Both the position numbers and the translations under genes were made by a program. DNA of 64,000 nucleotides from positions 1 through 64,000 of IMG/VR virus record IMGVR_UViG_3300025084_000012; one strand, written 5' to 3'. The notes below the pieces were generated by a model. The model did no database searches. It saw only the letters and a list, made by a program, of their open reading frames with translations, and had not been told where the DNA came from. This DNA comes from a virus. Lineage: Duplodnaviria > Caudoviricetes. Shown piece by piece: positions 45,301-60,300 of the stretch. Each line of letters begins with the position of its first letter. The stretch's first letter is position 1.

Positions 45301-48300
45301 TGCCGAGTTGTATAACTAAACGATACAGTTTTTCCCGTAGAAGAGTCAATGTATTGCAGTTTTTGTTCGTAATACGGTTTTTCAGGGAACAGAGAAGCGT
45401 CATCAACTTGGATAGCAGTCGCTGAAGAATGCGCTCCGACGACCTTACATGTAGGAGCGAGGCTTACGTTCTCCATAATCTTGGAGTAGATGTCAGGATA
45501 GATACTTGGGTAACCAGCCAACGTCAATTGAGCAGCGACTGCACCATAACTTGCTCGACAGAACTGATAATAGTTGTCGATACGATACAAAGAAAGGTGT
45601 CTGAAACCAACAGCCGATGCGTCAGACGGAGTGCCTTGATGCATAATACTCCACCACGGTATGCTTGTAGTAAAGCCGGGTGTAGCGTCTTTGAACGCTA
45701 CGTCAGGAGTTGTCGGGTGATATGGATGACCTCGCCTTGTAAACGAAGGACTTTCCGACCCTTGAACTCCAAGTGGATTATAAAGCAGCATTGGTGGAAT
45801 GTTAGCCAACTGACTACCGTGGTCAGGGTCGTGGTCAAGGATGACCTCATTCAAGAATATCTCACAGCCTCTTACGTCAGCCAGCGTAGCCTCAGCAAGA
45901 ATAAGCGTGACACCACCAATGTTAGCACCGTCTGTCAAGGTTGAGTGTCGTTCTTCGTCGTACTTGATACCGATGACGAGACTCACTTGCTGACTGGTAA
46001 GAACAGCAGTGTTGTTTGAAGGAGTGGAAACATCGGGTAGAGTAGTTGCTGAAGAGTTGTTCAAGTGGAATCCAGTTACCTGTTGCGAGCGTAAGTTTGG
46101 CTGAATGACGATTTGATACGCACCAACTTCGGCAGGGTCAGGGAAGTGGTTAGCCTGAGTATAGTTACCACCAGCCTCAAGGACAATCGAGTGACCACCA
46201 GCCTTGTTCATATCTCCAGCAGTACCTTTTGACGCAAGTATACCGTAGCCGTCATACTTGATTTTTGTCTCAAACATTAGCGTAAATGCACCACCGTGAA
46301 TGTCGCTTGGGCCTGACGGATTGGCTGTGAGTGAACCTACTCTCAGTGCTGGGTTGAGTGGGAATAACCTGTCTTTAACTGCCGTAGGAACAGAGGTCTG
46401 ATTGTTTGTTGTACCGTCTACCTCGACCAAGTTGTCAGCCAGTGTCGTATAATCTTCGTCACGCACTAACGCTAAATGGTCGCTGTTCGCTTTTTCGTAT
46501 AATCCTTGATAGGCTGGATGCGCCCAATGACCCGGCATCATTGGCATGGTAGCATTGACAAAGTGATGACCCATACGAGGTATAGGCATTGGAGTGAGTT
46601 GTGGTCTACTGTATCTTGAGTGAATAGTTGTTAGTGCGTTACCAGTAAAGTATTCTGTATGAGCCATGTCAGGACTGTTACCGCTTACCTCGGCATGGTC
46701 ACGCAGTCGGCGTGCAGCAAATATACGAGCACTACCAGCAGGGACGTAGTATGACGGTGTGATGGTCAATGCACCAACAGCAAAATTATCAGCCATAAAT
46801 TGAGTAAAATCAATGTCACCAACAAGGTCGTCAAACACATCTGAACTTATTGACTCATACGAAGCAATAACGCTTTCACCTGTTGCATTGCTGATTCGTA
46901 TGAATCGTCGGTTATCGGCTACTTCTTGTGTTCCAAAGCCAGTAGAGAATATGTTTTCGTTGATAGTAGCGCTCGCTGTAATTGAGGTCGAAGTGTAGGA
47001 ATCTACTGTAAGGGCTTGATTAACCACACCAGCGGAGTGAGTGTAAGTTGTCGGGAACTTTTCAGTGTGGCTGTGACCCATCTTTGTTATATGGAAATAC
47101 AGTGCTCTGTCTTGCTGCTCATAGGAACTGCGTAGTGTGTTGTTACCAGTCGCCGTCACCCAGCCGTCACGAGTAGACTCAGGGAAGTTCTCGTCTTGTG
47201 AGATGTGCTCCCATCCTACTTCGTTCATAGTTGGCCCTTTTCTTGGAGATTTGACCACGTTGTCAAACAGATGACCAAGATGTGTTGCTCCCAAATCAGG
47301 GTGAATCATACCACCGTCACCAAATGTTTCTGTTTGATATGCTTGAATTGGGTCGAATCCACTGCGAATAAGAATGTTGCCGGGAATAGATTCGGGGTCA
47401 GGCAATTGAATTTCAAAGTTCGGAGGTATGCCGCTGTTTGCAGGGACAGGCTGTAGACCACTTGCTAATCTTGTCGATGCAGGTTTATATGCTCTGATGA
47501 CGATACCCAACGGCGAACCACCTTCAAGCGTATGCACTTGTCCTGTGTCATCTACAACACTAATATCTTCAAACTGTATTTCTTCGTTTGGTATCTCAAG
47601 TACGTTACCGATAGCAATAGGGTGCTCTTTCGCTAACGTAGGGTGCGCTATCTCTTGTGCCTGTAGAACTGGCATCATAGCCGAGTTTGTTGTCTCAAAA
47701 GAAAATCGTATGTTACCATACAACTTCTCACCCATCTGATGAGCAGTTCCAGCAGCGCCTCCTACTACTGCATCTTTAACACGAGTAATCCACGGCACTG
47801 CTCCTAAACCACGAGCATTGGATGTCGGCATAGTGACTGTCCCACCATCCATTCGTTTCCATACAACATGCTCTGTACTGAAGTTTTTGTGAGGACTGCG
47901 CTTTAATACATCGTAAGCATTGACATCACCAGCCCAAAAGATACCTGATTGAGTAGCATGAGTGGTTGAGGTCATCTGCGTCGATGGGTTGGAATTTGTA
48001 ATAAAATCAGTAGCAAGGTTTCTGTTTGCTATACCCGCTGCTTCCTTATGATTTAGAATACCTACGTTCTTGTCAATGTCGAAGAACAAATCACCAGTTT
48101 CAGCAAGACACGGCTCAGCGTTTGACAAAGATGTGTCTGCTGAAATTGAGCCGTGTAAATGTATCTGAGCGTTGAATGGGCTACTATCTAACACTCCGCT
48201 TGCAGTGTAGTCACTAATGGTAGGAGGCGCTGTGTTATCGGCAATCAAAGCCTCTACGTTAGGCCCAGCGTTAGCAGGTGCTACAAAGCGGTCACTGTGG

Positions 48301-51300
48301 TGGAATCGTTCGTCCCATTGGGTAGTGCCTCCAGCCAACAAGTAATCACCTGTAGAGGTGTAGTTGTCTCTGTCCTTTCTTGCCACCAAACTAAGTTCGC
48401 CCTCGTGGGCTACAACCAACAAAGCACGAGAGTAAGTGCCTTGAGCATGAATCAACTCTTTCTGTATCTCAGGCATGTCTCGCATAACTGGTGGGTTGTT
48501 AAACTGAGCACCGTCAGCCCAGCCTACAACATATGTACCAAACGCTATTGGGTCATCAACGCCGTAAGATACAGAGTCAGCCTCACTATCACCATCACTT
48601 GGGAAGTTAGTAAGACTACGACCCGGTATATCTGTTGGTGGCATACTCTCAGGAGAGTTAGGTAGAGGTGTTGTGTGAGGTAGATGACCAAGTACGTTAG
48701 CACAAGATGAAGAGCCGCCATACGGTGAAAATCCAAGCATAGAGTGCCAAGCCCCAAGACCAGCGGAGAAACCACTGTCTACTGATAATGTGTTTAGATA
48801 CGAATATCGCTCTCCATGCCATCCTACTGCTCCGACTGGCTTTGTTCTGTCTATTGCATCAGCGATACCGCTAAAGTGCGTTGCCCCAATACCATAAGTT
48901 GTAAAGCGACTACTTGCTGAGTTATCCACCCCAATAGTTCCACTCTTTGACCATATCCATACTGTTGTTCCAACAGTGGGATTACCAGTTGTGTTTACAG
49001 CAGGGTGTGGGAGCGTTACACCACCTACATTTGAACCACTGGTGCTATTGAAAGCCGTTGAAGTATTTGCATAAATGCGCCAAGCCTCTCCGTCTTCAAA
49101 GGCTTTTAGACCTGTAAGTTTGTTATTTGATAAGTAGAATCGACAAAACAAATCTGTACCATCTCTATAGAACGCACGACTGTGATAAGAAGCCCACGCT
49201 GATGATTTGACTGAACTACTTACAGCACCACCGTAGTCGTGATTAGCCTCTGTTCGCAACCAACCTGACGCTGGAACACGATTAGCATTTGCCTGTTCAT
49301 CTACACCAGCACCAGCCAAAACTACGAGGTCAATGAAGCAATCACCACTCTTCAAATTTGATGCACTTGATGCCGTGTTACCAAGTGTATTATGAATATA
49401 GGTAATAGTCACACCCGAGTTTGAAACATTAGGGGCGGGGTTCACTGTAACAGTGCCTCCCACTGAATCAACAGAAGCAACTACGCTGTTGGCTTGTATA
49501 CCAGTTCCACTTATGGATTGACCTGCTTGTATTGTAGCGGGGAATGTTCCAGTAACGGCTATGGCTGCAACACCGCTGGTAACATTTGCAGTGAATGTAA
49601 CGGGTGCTGTAACGGTTCTTACCATAGGAGTGGTGCTTACCACGTTGTTTGAGTAACCATGACCAGCAACATCAGTGGCTCCAGTAACCGTACCAACTGG
49701 TGTTGCTCCGCCGTAAACGTCGTTTCGGATATTTGTTGTTCTCGCTTCTAACCAACCGTATCGGTCTTGACGAGTAGAGTTGCCCATTGATGGCATGAAC
49801 GTACCACCAATAGCCTTGAGAGCACCTTTACCGGGAAACGTATTGATAGCAGCGCCCAGTAAGCAAGCCAACTCTTCTCCGTTCTGACAACGTGTAGCGT
49901 CTACAACAATGTATTCGTGGTCTACATCGCCATGAACTAATGTTTCTGCTGCAAAATCAGGTGATGAACTGTTATCGTTAGAGTAAAGCATTCTTGTAGC
50001 CAAAGTTCCAGCGACTCTAAACGCAGTCTTGTTAATTTGAGTGGCTCCAGTAGCAAGCGCAACTCTTAGGCTATCGCTTTCTCTTGGTGGGTTCATAGTA
50101 ATTTGATTATCCATCCAAGAACCACCGGGATGGTTGCCATTATCCATGTGCCAACACAAATCAGAGTTCTTGACCATACCTCCGCCATAGAACATAGCGT
50201 GTCTACTGGGTTGAACGACAGCGTATGCTTTTGCTACGTCATCTGTGAAATTGGAAGCAGTGCTGTAGTGTTCAAAGGCGTTGGTAGTGAGCGAGTTACC
50301 GTAGTTTCTACCATTCTCAGGTCGCTCTCGCAAAAATACGGTATCGGGTATACCAACTGGTGACTCCCAGTTTAACACCTGTCTGTAATGGAATCGGTGC
50401 TTAGCCAACTGTGTAGCCGCACGCTCAGGCATATATTCACCTGTACTATTTTGAATGTGATTTGGTAGGAATGGTCTACTGTTTGTCATATTAGGAACTC
50501 TTGACCAAGTGTTACCAGTGCTTACAGCGTGACCCGGATGAGGCTCAAAGGTATTTATTGGGCTGGTTACTTCTTGTGTTAGTGGGAATGCTTGTCCCGG
50601 CCCGAAAATGATGTAGGTTGTTTTGTTTTCTACACCGTCACGATGGTCGTTATAGCGAGCCGTTGGATGTGCGAAGCGCAACACCATAGGAGATGGCACT
50701 TGCATATGGACACCAGCAGCATATGGAGCAAGGTTAGGATGTGTTGAACCTACACCAGCCCATGCTCCTCGCTTTAGGTCTTGAGAAAGAATGTTGTCTT
50801 TGTTGTAAACTGGTGGGTTGATGCTACCATGATGTTGCTTTAACAGTGCAGTTGCTGGGAAGAAAGCCATGATAGCGTTGCAGTCAAGCGTAGAAAAAGA
50901 GGAGAGAACTTCATTAGCATTCTGAATACCAGCAGAACCTGTTGGCCCGTTAGCATACGGATGTGTATTATGCTCCGAGTAATCGTTCTTAGTCCCGTCA
51001 TTGATGTCTATTGTAGCACCACTAAAGCCACCACCAAAGTAGAGTGGTACATAGTTATCAGGCCCGTCACGAGCACCAGTAAAGTGAATGATTGGTAAGG
51101 AATGCACGCTACCAAGAGAGCGTTTACCAGCAAACAAATATGCTCTTTTGTCAGCGTATTTTTGAATAACAAGTGTTTCGGCTGGACTCGGAATTGCTGA
51201 AGGCCATTTTGAACTTCGTAAGTTTTCGTCAGATAATTGGCTGAATGCCTTTTCAGAAACAAATCCACCACTGTTTACATTTTGACCCTCTGTAACCGCT

Positions 51301-54300
51301 GTTTCGATACCGTAACTAATAGATGTTTTATTTCCAAAAGAATCTACTCTTGTGTAATCATGAGTTTGCCCGTTTTCATAGTGATTAACAGATGCTTCTT
51401 GACCTGCTGGTTTAGCAAAATGCCACATTTCATTATCGCTGTGTAAAGCCATTATAGAAGCAGAGTGAACATTAGTCATTTTTAGCGTTGGATTATCAAG
51501 ATTTGGTAGAATCAAATCACCACTTGATTCGATAAAGTTTTCACCAATCAAATTCTTGCGCCATGTGTTGGTGTTAATAGGATTGTTTTGTGAGTCTACA
51601 ATGTTTGGCGTAGCGGTGTTCGCATTATGACCTCTACCCTTTGTTGTAATTTGTATGATTGTCGAAGGAATGTAACCACAGTTTATGCTACGACCTTTAG
51701 CGATTAGACCATCACCTATAGGTCTTGTACCATCTCCTCCTACTGTAACTCCGTCACCGTTTAGTTTTAGACTCTCGACTTCACCATATTCAATATGACT
51801 GGCTCTGATACCAACGTCTTGTGAAAGATTTGCTGTGAAGAAGTTCGATATAGACTCGATGTTACCTTTTGTATTGTAGGCTTTGATGCTGATTGATTCT
51901 TCTGTAATTCCCCATTCACCAAAGGTGCGACCATCAGCGGCGTACATGTCGGTGCAATCAAATGTAGTTCCCTCGTTAGGGTCTGATAAATTGATAGCAG
52001 CGGCAGTTACGGCTGCCATTAATTCATCTGTAACAAGTGTAGTCCAATTAGCGACTGGAGTTATCAAAGCGGAAATAGCATCTGTTTCTTCACCAACAAC
52101 ATAGTTACCGATAGTGAGTTTTGGTGCAGTGCTACTGTGAGTGTGAATTTTATGCTGAGAACTGTATGTGTCACCAGTTACACCGTGGAATACATGTGTC
52201 CCAGTTCTACCAGCATTGTTGTCTCTTGTACGGTGAGTATAGGAAAACATGTTACCCCAGTTACCGCTAAGTGAGTTAGAGAACGTAAACGTCGCATTTG
52301 TACCACCTTGACCGACAACAGTAATTGTTTCGCCGTTCGTATAACTACCTTCACCAAGAGAAGTAATCACAACAGCAGTAACTTCTCCACTACCGTTTGT
52401 GTCGATACTTAGTGTCATCCCGCTACCATCCCCAGTCCCTGTAGCCACTGCTCCTGATAGACCAGCACCATATCCTGAACCAGCGCTTAGTGAACTTACT
52501 TCGCCTATATCGTTGTAAGGGTCAGATAAGTGAATAACACCGTTTTCAACAGGGAATCCCATGTAACCCAGCAAGTCGTGGTGAGGGCAATCATCGTATG
52601 GGGCATAGAGTGTAACTGTAATTGTCTTATCTGTTGTATTGTAAACAACATCTGTGTTGTAAGAAGCGTTGGGAGCAGGTGCTCCTCGCCACAAGTTACC
52701 TCTCCAATTTGCAAGCGCTGCGTTATCAGGTATGGCTGGGAATCGACCTGTTGGGTCACTTATCCCATGCATGTGCTTACCGATGGTAAATCCACCTTGC
52801 GAGCAGTCTTTGTGATTAAAGTAGACGACAATTTCATTTTCTAACGTCTTTGGTAGAAGCGTATTATCTAAAGCGAATTTTTCTCCTATGTTCTTGTAGA
52901 TGTAGCGTATACCATGCTCTACTCCTCTGTGGTCTTGCAGTCGCATAGCATACATAGATGAATCACCTATACTGTCAGGAAATACCTGAGCAGTAGGAAT
53001 GTGACCAGTATAAGAAGTAGCAGGGTCTGTGTTCGATACTTTTGTGAGTTGGCCGTAATCATTAGCAAGTTTATCATTACCCTTTCTACCAAAGCCCCAC
53101 TGACCAGCATCGGGTGCAAAGCCGGGAATACCAGCAGAAACAAGGCCACCGAAGTTTATTCGTGCTACAGCGTTTGTTCCTACACGTAGACCCTCTGTGA
53201 AAGAAGTGTTGAAGCCTTCAACTTCAAGCGACTCTGTGTTTAGTGTGTTGTGATTCTGACCGCTACCGCTGTGTGCTGATACGGCACGCAGTCTTGGTGT
53301 AGTAGTCTCATCGTGATTATTGGAAAATTCACCTTTTGACGCAACTACTTGCATTGATTCATCAGGCTGTGTGTACTGTCTTAAAGAAGTAATTGGAGCA
53401 AAGGGTCTACCGTGTTTATTAAGCGGCATCGGTGCTGGGTGCATGTTTTCTCCACTCAGTTCATCAGGCAAACACCAAAATGTTCTGAACCGACCACCGT
53501 GACCAATCATAAATTCAGGCTTGTAAGGAACTTGCCCTTTGCTGTTGTCGAGCCACACCGCAAAGTTACGACCAGTAGCACCGGGAACTGTACTGTGAAT
53601 AATGACTGAAAATCCTTCTTCGTTACCATCTATGTCTCTAACAACTCGACCAAGATGAGCACGAACGTAACCCATGTGTGTTCCTTTATCGTGCGATTCA
53701 AACGCTTTATCTTCATCCCACCATACAACAGGGTCGTGAGTAGAACCAGTTGTAGCAAAATCAGCCTCACCAGCAATCTTTACGGGGTATTGTTTGTTTG
53801 TGTTGTTACTGTGTGTACGCCCTTTCTTTGCAGCAGCCTGATTTATCATACGCACAACTTCAGTAGCCGCTGCTTCAACGCTCGTGATACCGTCTCTAAC
53901 TGCAACTTCACCCAAGTCGATGGTCATTCTTCTCGTAAAGTCCATCTGAGTCCACTGAGGTAAATGCTGTAGTCTTGTTTCACTCATGTTAGACAGGTCA
54001 AGAGCCTCTGAACGAACGCCCTTGAGGGCAAGGAATGCTGGAATAACACGAGTCCCATCGGGTGTATCAAACAGTGTAGACGTTTCTTCGTTTCTTCTGT
54101 TCATGAAGAGTGTGAAACTACCTTTTCCATCACCGCTTACATTGGCAGTGGCTAATGGTAGAATGTGGAGGCTTCGGTCAGAGATAAAGATGGTATCGCC
54201 TTCTTCATAGGAAGTGTCTCCTTGTCTGTTTATGACAGCAGTAACGACTGCTGCTCCTGAGATAGTAACATCGACGGTCATACCATGACCTTGACCGTTT

Positions 54301-57300
54301 GTAGTTGTCTTTACGTTGTAGAATGTGCCGTTGTTATAACCGCTACCGCCATCTTTTAGTGACAAAGACTTACCTTTTGAAACTCGATGTTGCATTAAAG
54401 CCTTAATCAAAATGTCATTGGATGAAAATAACTTTCTTGTTTTGTCATGCTCCTTATTTGCGTGATAGGGAATAGCAACTGCATTATTGGTACGAGATGT
54501 AATACTGTCACCGAGCGTGCGTTTCTTAGCCAACGGGCCACCAGTGTGATAACCAGTATGAATAAAATGACCATGTGCTTTACCGTAAAGAGCAGCCTGA
54601 GTCATAGCAGTTGTAGCATTGACGACACTCGTATTGGTTGTGAACACTTTGAAAACTGCATTATTACCACCACCTGAAATTCTGACTTTGGCTTCACGTC
54701 CTCCTCTTGAATTGTTATAACCACTACCAGCCGTATGTACTTGTATGTCAGTGATTTGTCCTGAAGCGGCTGTGATATTGACTCTTAGACCTGTTCCACC
54801 AGCGTTTATGCTTGTTGTCGCTACGTTAGTGGCCGTTGCATAACCAGTTCCATTTTGTCGATGCTGAAAAGTTGCACCAATGGGCTCAAGCCTTGTTACA
54901 ATTCCTGTAACTGGTTGTAGCGTCTCATTCGACATGTTGTTAGCGATATTGTGAGCGTAAGCACTTTCCATAAAGTTAGAGTGCTGATACTCTCTGATGT
55001 ATTTGTTTTGAGAAGGATAACCGTTAGCAACATCTATTTGAGTGATGAATGGATTCTGAGCACCACCATTGTATTTGATAGAATAGTTGCTTAAGTCAAT
55101 TTCATCTGTTCCGTCTGCTACATTGAGTGATGATGATAGTCGTTCAAAGCCTAACTCAGCAGCCTTTGGTGAGGTTTGAACTTGCATGTGTATGTCTTGG
55201 AAAGCGACGAACTCACGGTCATGCGCTACGTCATATAGTAAGACACGAGCATGACCTTCTGTAGCAAGATACGGGTCAAGATAGGCTATGGTCGGTGGGT
55301 TACTAATACCGAGATTAGTGTAGTTCAACTCAATGGTTTTATTGACGTGCTGAACAAAGTTACGAGCCGTTTCAATACAACTATCGCCAATCAAGAAGTT
55401 TTCAAGAGGAATCGAATCACGAGGCTCTGTAGCCATGAGTCCTTGACCGCCGTTGAAGCCTTTCCAAACAAGTGCTTCATTGAGCACACCACGACTCTTA
55501 GCGAACATACCCTGAACAGCGTGAGGGTTGTTGTAGGTCATGTTCATCCATACAGTGTCACCACGACGCAATCCACCTTGAGCATAGGGGAACAACCACG
55601 TTCTGTTTAAGCAAGCCTCTTCATCATTCTTCATCATCGAATGACATCCAGTTCTGATGTATACCTTGTCCGAGGTGGGTGAACTACTCGCTTGAGCAAT
55701 CATATTATTGAGACTGGCTAAATTATCACCAGTAACCGCCGCCTTAAGGTGAATCCGACTATCAACTGCTGGTACTGTCACTGGGTTTCCTTTAATCGCT
55801 CCTTCAACGATGTAATCAACCTGACCTAATAGCGTCACAGTAACAGCACTTCCACCGATTTCATGCTCAGCATAAATCCAATCGTTAGGTTTGACATTCA
55901 AATAAAGTGTATTGGCTTGTACAAGTTGAGATTTTGTAGCAGAGGAAAGAGCCAGCGTATCAGTCGCAGTAAGACCCGTTATCTCCCACGGCGATGAGTA
56001 AAACACGGCTCTACCAGTGTGTGATTTGTTTACGGTGTTGTCTAACTTTGTGTTGTATTTATCACTTGAAAAGAAAACATCGTAACCGTATTTTGTTAAT
56101 GTTGCTACTTCGCCTTTTAGTGTATCATTCTTGAGATAAGAAGGAGTTGCGTTGTTTTCCTTTGTCATTACTATAATACTCGACAGTGTATCAAGAGAAT
56201 CAGTAGGCGTCAGTCCACCACTAACCAATGTGCTTTTGTTTTTATTGCCCTCTCCAAAATATACGAATGTGTTTGTGCCAATTTCCAAACTGTAGTGAGC
56301 CTGTCCCATCTTCCATTCATAATCGGAGTTGATGTCGTTTGGTTGTCTTTCAATAGATGGAAACTTGTTTACATCTTCTTGACTCATGATAAGATGAGCA
56401 AAACCAGTATACACCGAGCCATTCATAATTGGCTCTACACTCAGAATAGTCCCCGTTGCTCGACCACTTTGTACTCTTGCTGCGTGAGGATTTGATAGTG
56501 GCCCTGCCTTAAACTCAACTGCACTCACATACTGGCGCAAACCATAATCGACGTTACCGCCTTGTGTTTTTACACTGGCTGAGTCATAGTAGTATTCACT
56601 TCTATTCTCGAAATCAGCAGCGACGTTGAGAGCATCTCCTTTTAGTGGGACTAAGACCTCAGAGTCGTATGAGTTACCCATAATTAGAGGTGTACCTGTT
56701 ACTAATCCAGATATAAAACCCTTAGACACATAGGACTTTTCTTTTACAATTTCTATGTAACCATCAGTCGTTGGGTTATTAGAGTACATAGCCCACTCTC
56801 CTGAAGGAAGAAACACCCTACGGAACAACAATACATTATCGACATTGAAGTGTTTGGTGTTAGATGTTGTTACATCACCTGCTGGAAACATGGTTGGGTT
56901 ACTGACGTAAACACGATAAGCACTTGAAAGCGTTTCAAAGTTTACAATGTTTGATTGATTCTTTCTTTCATTAGTAAGAATACTCTTGGCATACGCCCCG
57001 TATGCGCTTCTATCAGATGGAGGAAGGTCTTGGTATCTACGACCAACTGGAGATGGGTTCCATGTATGAGCAGTCATAGTAGGGTCGATGTGTAGTTTTA
57101 ACGAATTATCAGGGCTTGGATAACTGTTGTTCTTTTTATCAATAAAGAACTGCCCTCTAAACAAAGGAATTTCGACCAAAGCACGAGTTGAAGCAAATTG
57201 AGTTCCAAGTTGGTAATCGTGAGATACGTTGTCCATTGATTGAAACATTCGGTCATTGACTGTTGTACCGTCTGACTGTAGATTTTCAATAAAGAAGTGT

Positions 57301-60300
57301 CCGTCTCCCATGATGATTTCACCAAGAGGGAAATCTTGAGACTGTGTACCTGATAAAGCACTGGCGTCTTTACGCAAACCACTACCAATCACCCATTCTT
57401 GGAACGTAGCAACAGCGTTACCATTAGGTAAAAGGAAGCGACGAGTAGAAACATGGGAATCAGAGAATAAGAAACAAGCACCAGTCTTACTTTGATACTC
57501 TGCGTTTGCTCCATTCTTCAAATAAATTCTACCTATTTTTGGAAAAGGATAAGTTCCCCAACTCGCTAAATCAGGAGAGTCATTATTGAGAGGAGACACT
57601 TCGATAAACTGAGTTCCGTTACTGGTACTCAAATCTACCCTTACTTTGGTAGCAAGGCAAGAGAATCCTCTTCGGCTACTGTATGGTAGATGAGCCAGTG
57701 TGCTTATGTCAAAAGATGGTTTTGTATCATATGCTCCCTGACCTACACCTCCTAACGTGACACTAACAACGGGTGCGTTGGGGTCTATTTCTTTGACCAC
57801 ATGAGAGTCAGGGCTACCTGAGCCTAACTCATTGATACTTCGGGTAGAAGCAACGTCAGAAAGACCAACGCAGTGAACAAGTGTGGAGCGTCCATTTTCG
57901 TCTTCTACTTGTTCAATACCACGCAACTTAGAGCGTCCCATCAAAAACATAACAGTGGCTATGTTGCTGGAGTTAGGTCTGTCTCTCTTAGAATAAACAT
58001 ACTGCAACTGATTTGTACGTGCTCTATCAGAAGGTTGAACGAAGAAACGATGTGTAATTGTAGGACTATTCTTAATTTCAACATTGTCGATAATATCAAA
58101 TATCTCGTGAATAGGAGACGCTGACGAAGTTACACCTATGTCGAATTGACCAGCACTTGGGCTACCGTGAACCGTATGAGGTGTCATGCGGTTGAACTCG
58201 GAAGATAGAGTAAGAGAGCCGCTATCCGCTACTCTTTCAATCAGTATACGATGAAATACAGAATCGTGCTGGGCTTTTGTGGTATGAGATGCTGTTAGAT
58301 TCTGAGGAGTTGTGTTCCCTACAGTTCCTGATGCTGTGAAATTAGCAGGTGTGAGTCGTTCATCTAATTCAACATCGGCTTCAAAGCCCTCGCTAATGTC
58401 GCCTACTAACGAGTGACTGAAATTGACTGAACCTAAATTACCTTCCTTTGACTTTCCGACATCAATGTAACCACCAGCGGCATAGAGTGTAGCGTTACCA
58501 GCAGCGACATCGGTTGCTATATCGTCGTAAACATACACACCACTGGAGACTACATAATTCGACGCTGGTACTGTTTTTTCAATCATGAGCATTGGTGCTG
58601 TTTTACTCATTGAAGCCCCTGTGAAATCAATAGCGTTGTAATGAACTTCGACATACGGAGCAAGCCCACGACTGGCGAGTGTAGGAACGTGCAATAAGGC
58701 TACACGACTATCTCTTGATGGGTGCAAGTGAAACTTACGAACATTTGCATCAATGTTGTTCATGTCTTGAGGCACTGGCCCTTTCAAAACAAACGGAAGT
58801 GGGTCAAAGTCGTTGCTTGTAGCACTTGCACCGCCAAGTGCTATCAGCGTTCTGTCTGCTCCGCTTAGCCCATTAGAGACAATCTCGTGGACAATACTGT
58901 CATTGACCACTCTTAAAGTTTCAAAAGATGCTGTGTCTTTGTAGTAATCAACTTGAGAGTTGATAGGGAACATTGAGTCAATACCTTTTGAAGCAGCATC
59001 ATATGTTAGGGTAAGAATATCAGAATTACCAGCCTGTTGGTCAAGCGTTTCTTCATTGGCACGAGGCATCAGTCTAAGGTAATGATGCCCTTGAACATGG
59101 TTGAGCGTATGACGACCTGAGTGTCCTATCTGAAAACTTTCATCTAAATCGGTAGGCCAAGCCACCGCAAACGGGTTATTTGTATCGACAGCAGTTGTAG
59201 ACATGCGGCTGGAATACACCATAGCGTGTTGCTCGTATTGACCCTCATCAATCAACATCTGACCTGCTCTGTCAATCAACTGTGTAGCAAGATGAGGTGG
59301 CTGATATGGACGACCAGTGCCGTTTTCAATCAGACAATCGGCTGAGATTACAACGAATGAGTTTGCTCCGTTAGCCGGTGTGTGTGTAGAATGTAAAATA
59401 GGTCGCAGTCCATTTGTATTGGTTGTTGTTTTGAAATCCAAGTGAATACTCGATACCAATAATTTACCATTGTTGATGTCTATGCTATGGAGCCTTACAC
59501 GCTCAGGTGGTTTACCGTTTGGCTTCTTTGAGTCTTGATTGATTGAGCCGGGATTGATGAGGAGATTGTAAGGAACGTGAGGTACGAGATGATTGATAGT
59601 TGTACCGGGTGTACTGTATCTGTCGATAACAGAGTAGTCACCAGTTGAGTATGGAGAGACTGTAAAATCAACAGAAGAGTCAGTAATTGTTTTACCAGTC
59701 AAAGCGTCAGCCAAAGCCTGTGCATCAGTAGAATCAATAGCAAGGAGAGTGAGGTTGCTATCTGCTGAGGTGCCGGTAATAGTGTAGACATCTTTCAACG
59801 GAGTCACTGGCTCTTCAAATCTATACAACGATACCGTCTTATCACCAACCATTGATGGGTTACGAGTTGTCATCTCGTTGCTAAACGATGAAGAGACATG
59901 AATACCCTCGATTACGCCTCTAAATTCACCACCTTTACCACCAATGTAGACGTGTGAGTTGTTCGATACCAAAGTTGCATCAATAGGAATAATTTGTTGA
60001 GCCACCAAGTCGCCGTTGATATAAATTTCAGCCTTACCATTGTTGATACAAGCAACAAGATGATAGAGTGGTCTTTGGTTTTGGCTTAGCGATGTTGCTT
60101 TATCTTTACCGCTATCAAAACGATTGTAAGAGTCGTCCAGTCCATCAAATGTAGTCACTGGGTAAACTTGTCCATCGTACCCATTTGTCTCAGGCTGTGC
60201 ACTACGAAGAAAAACTTTCATTGAACCAATAGAAGAAGAAAGATTAGCCTCAAACTCAACTGGGCCGGGAGTATCAACACTTCCTATGCTAAGACGAAAC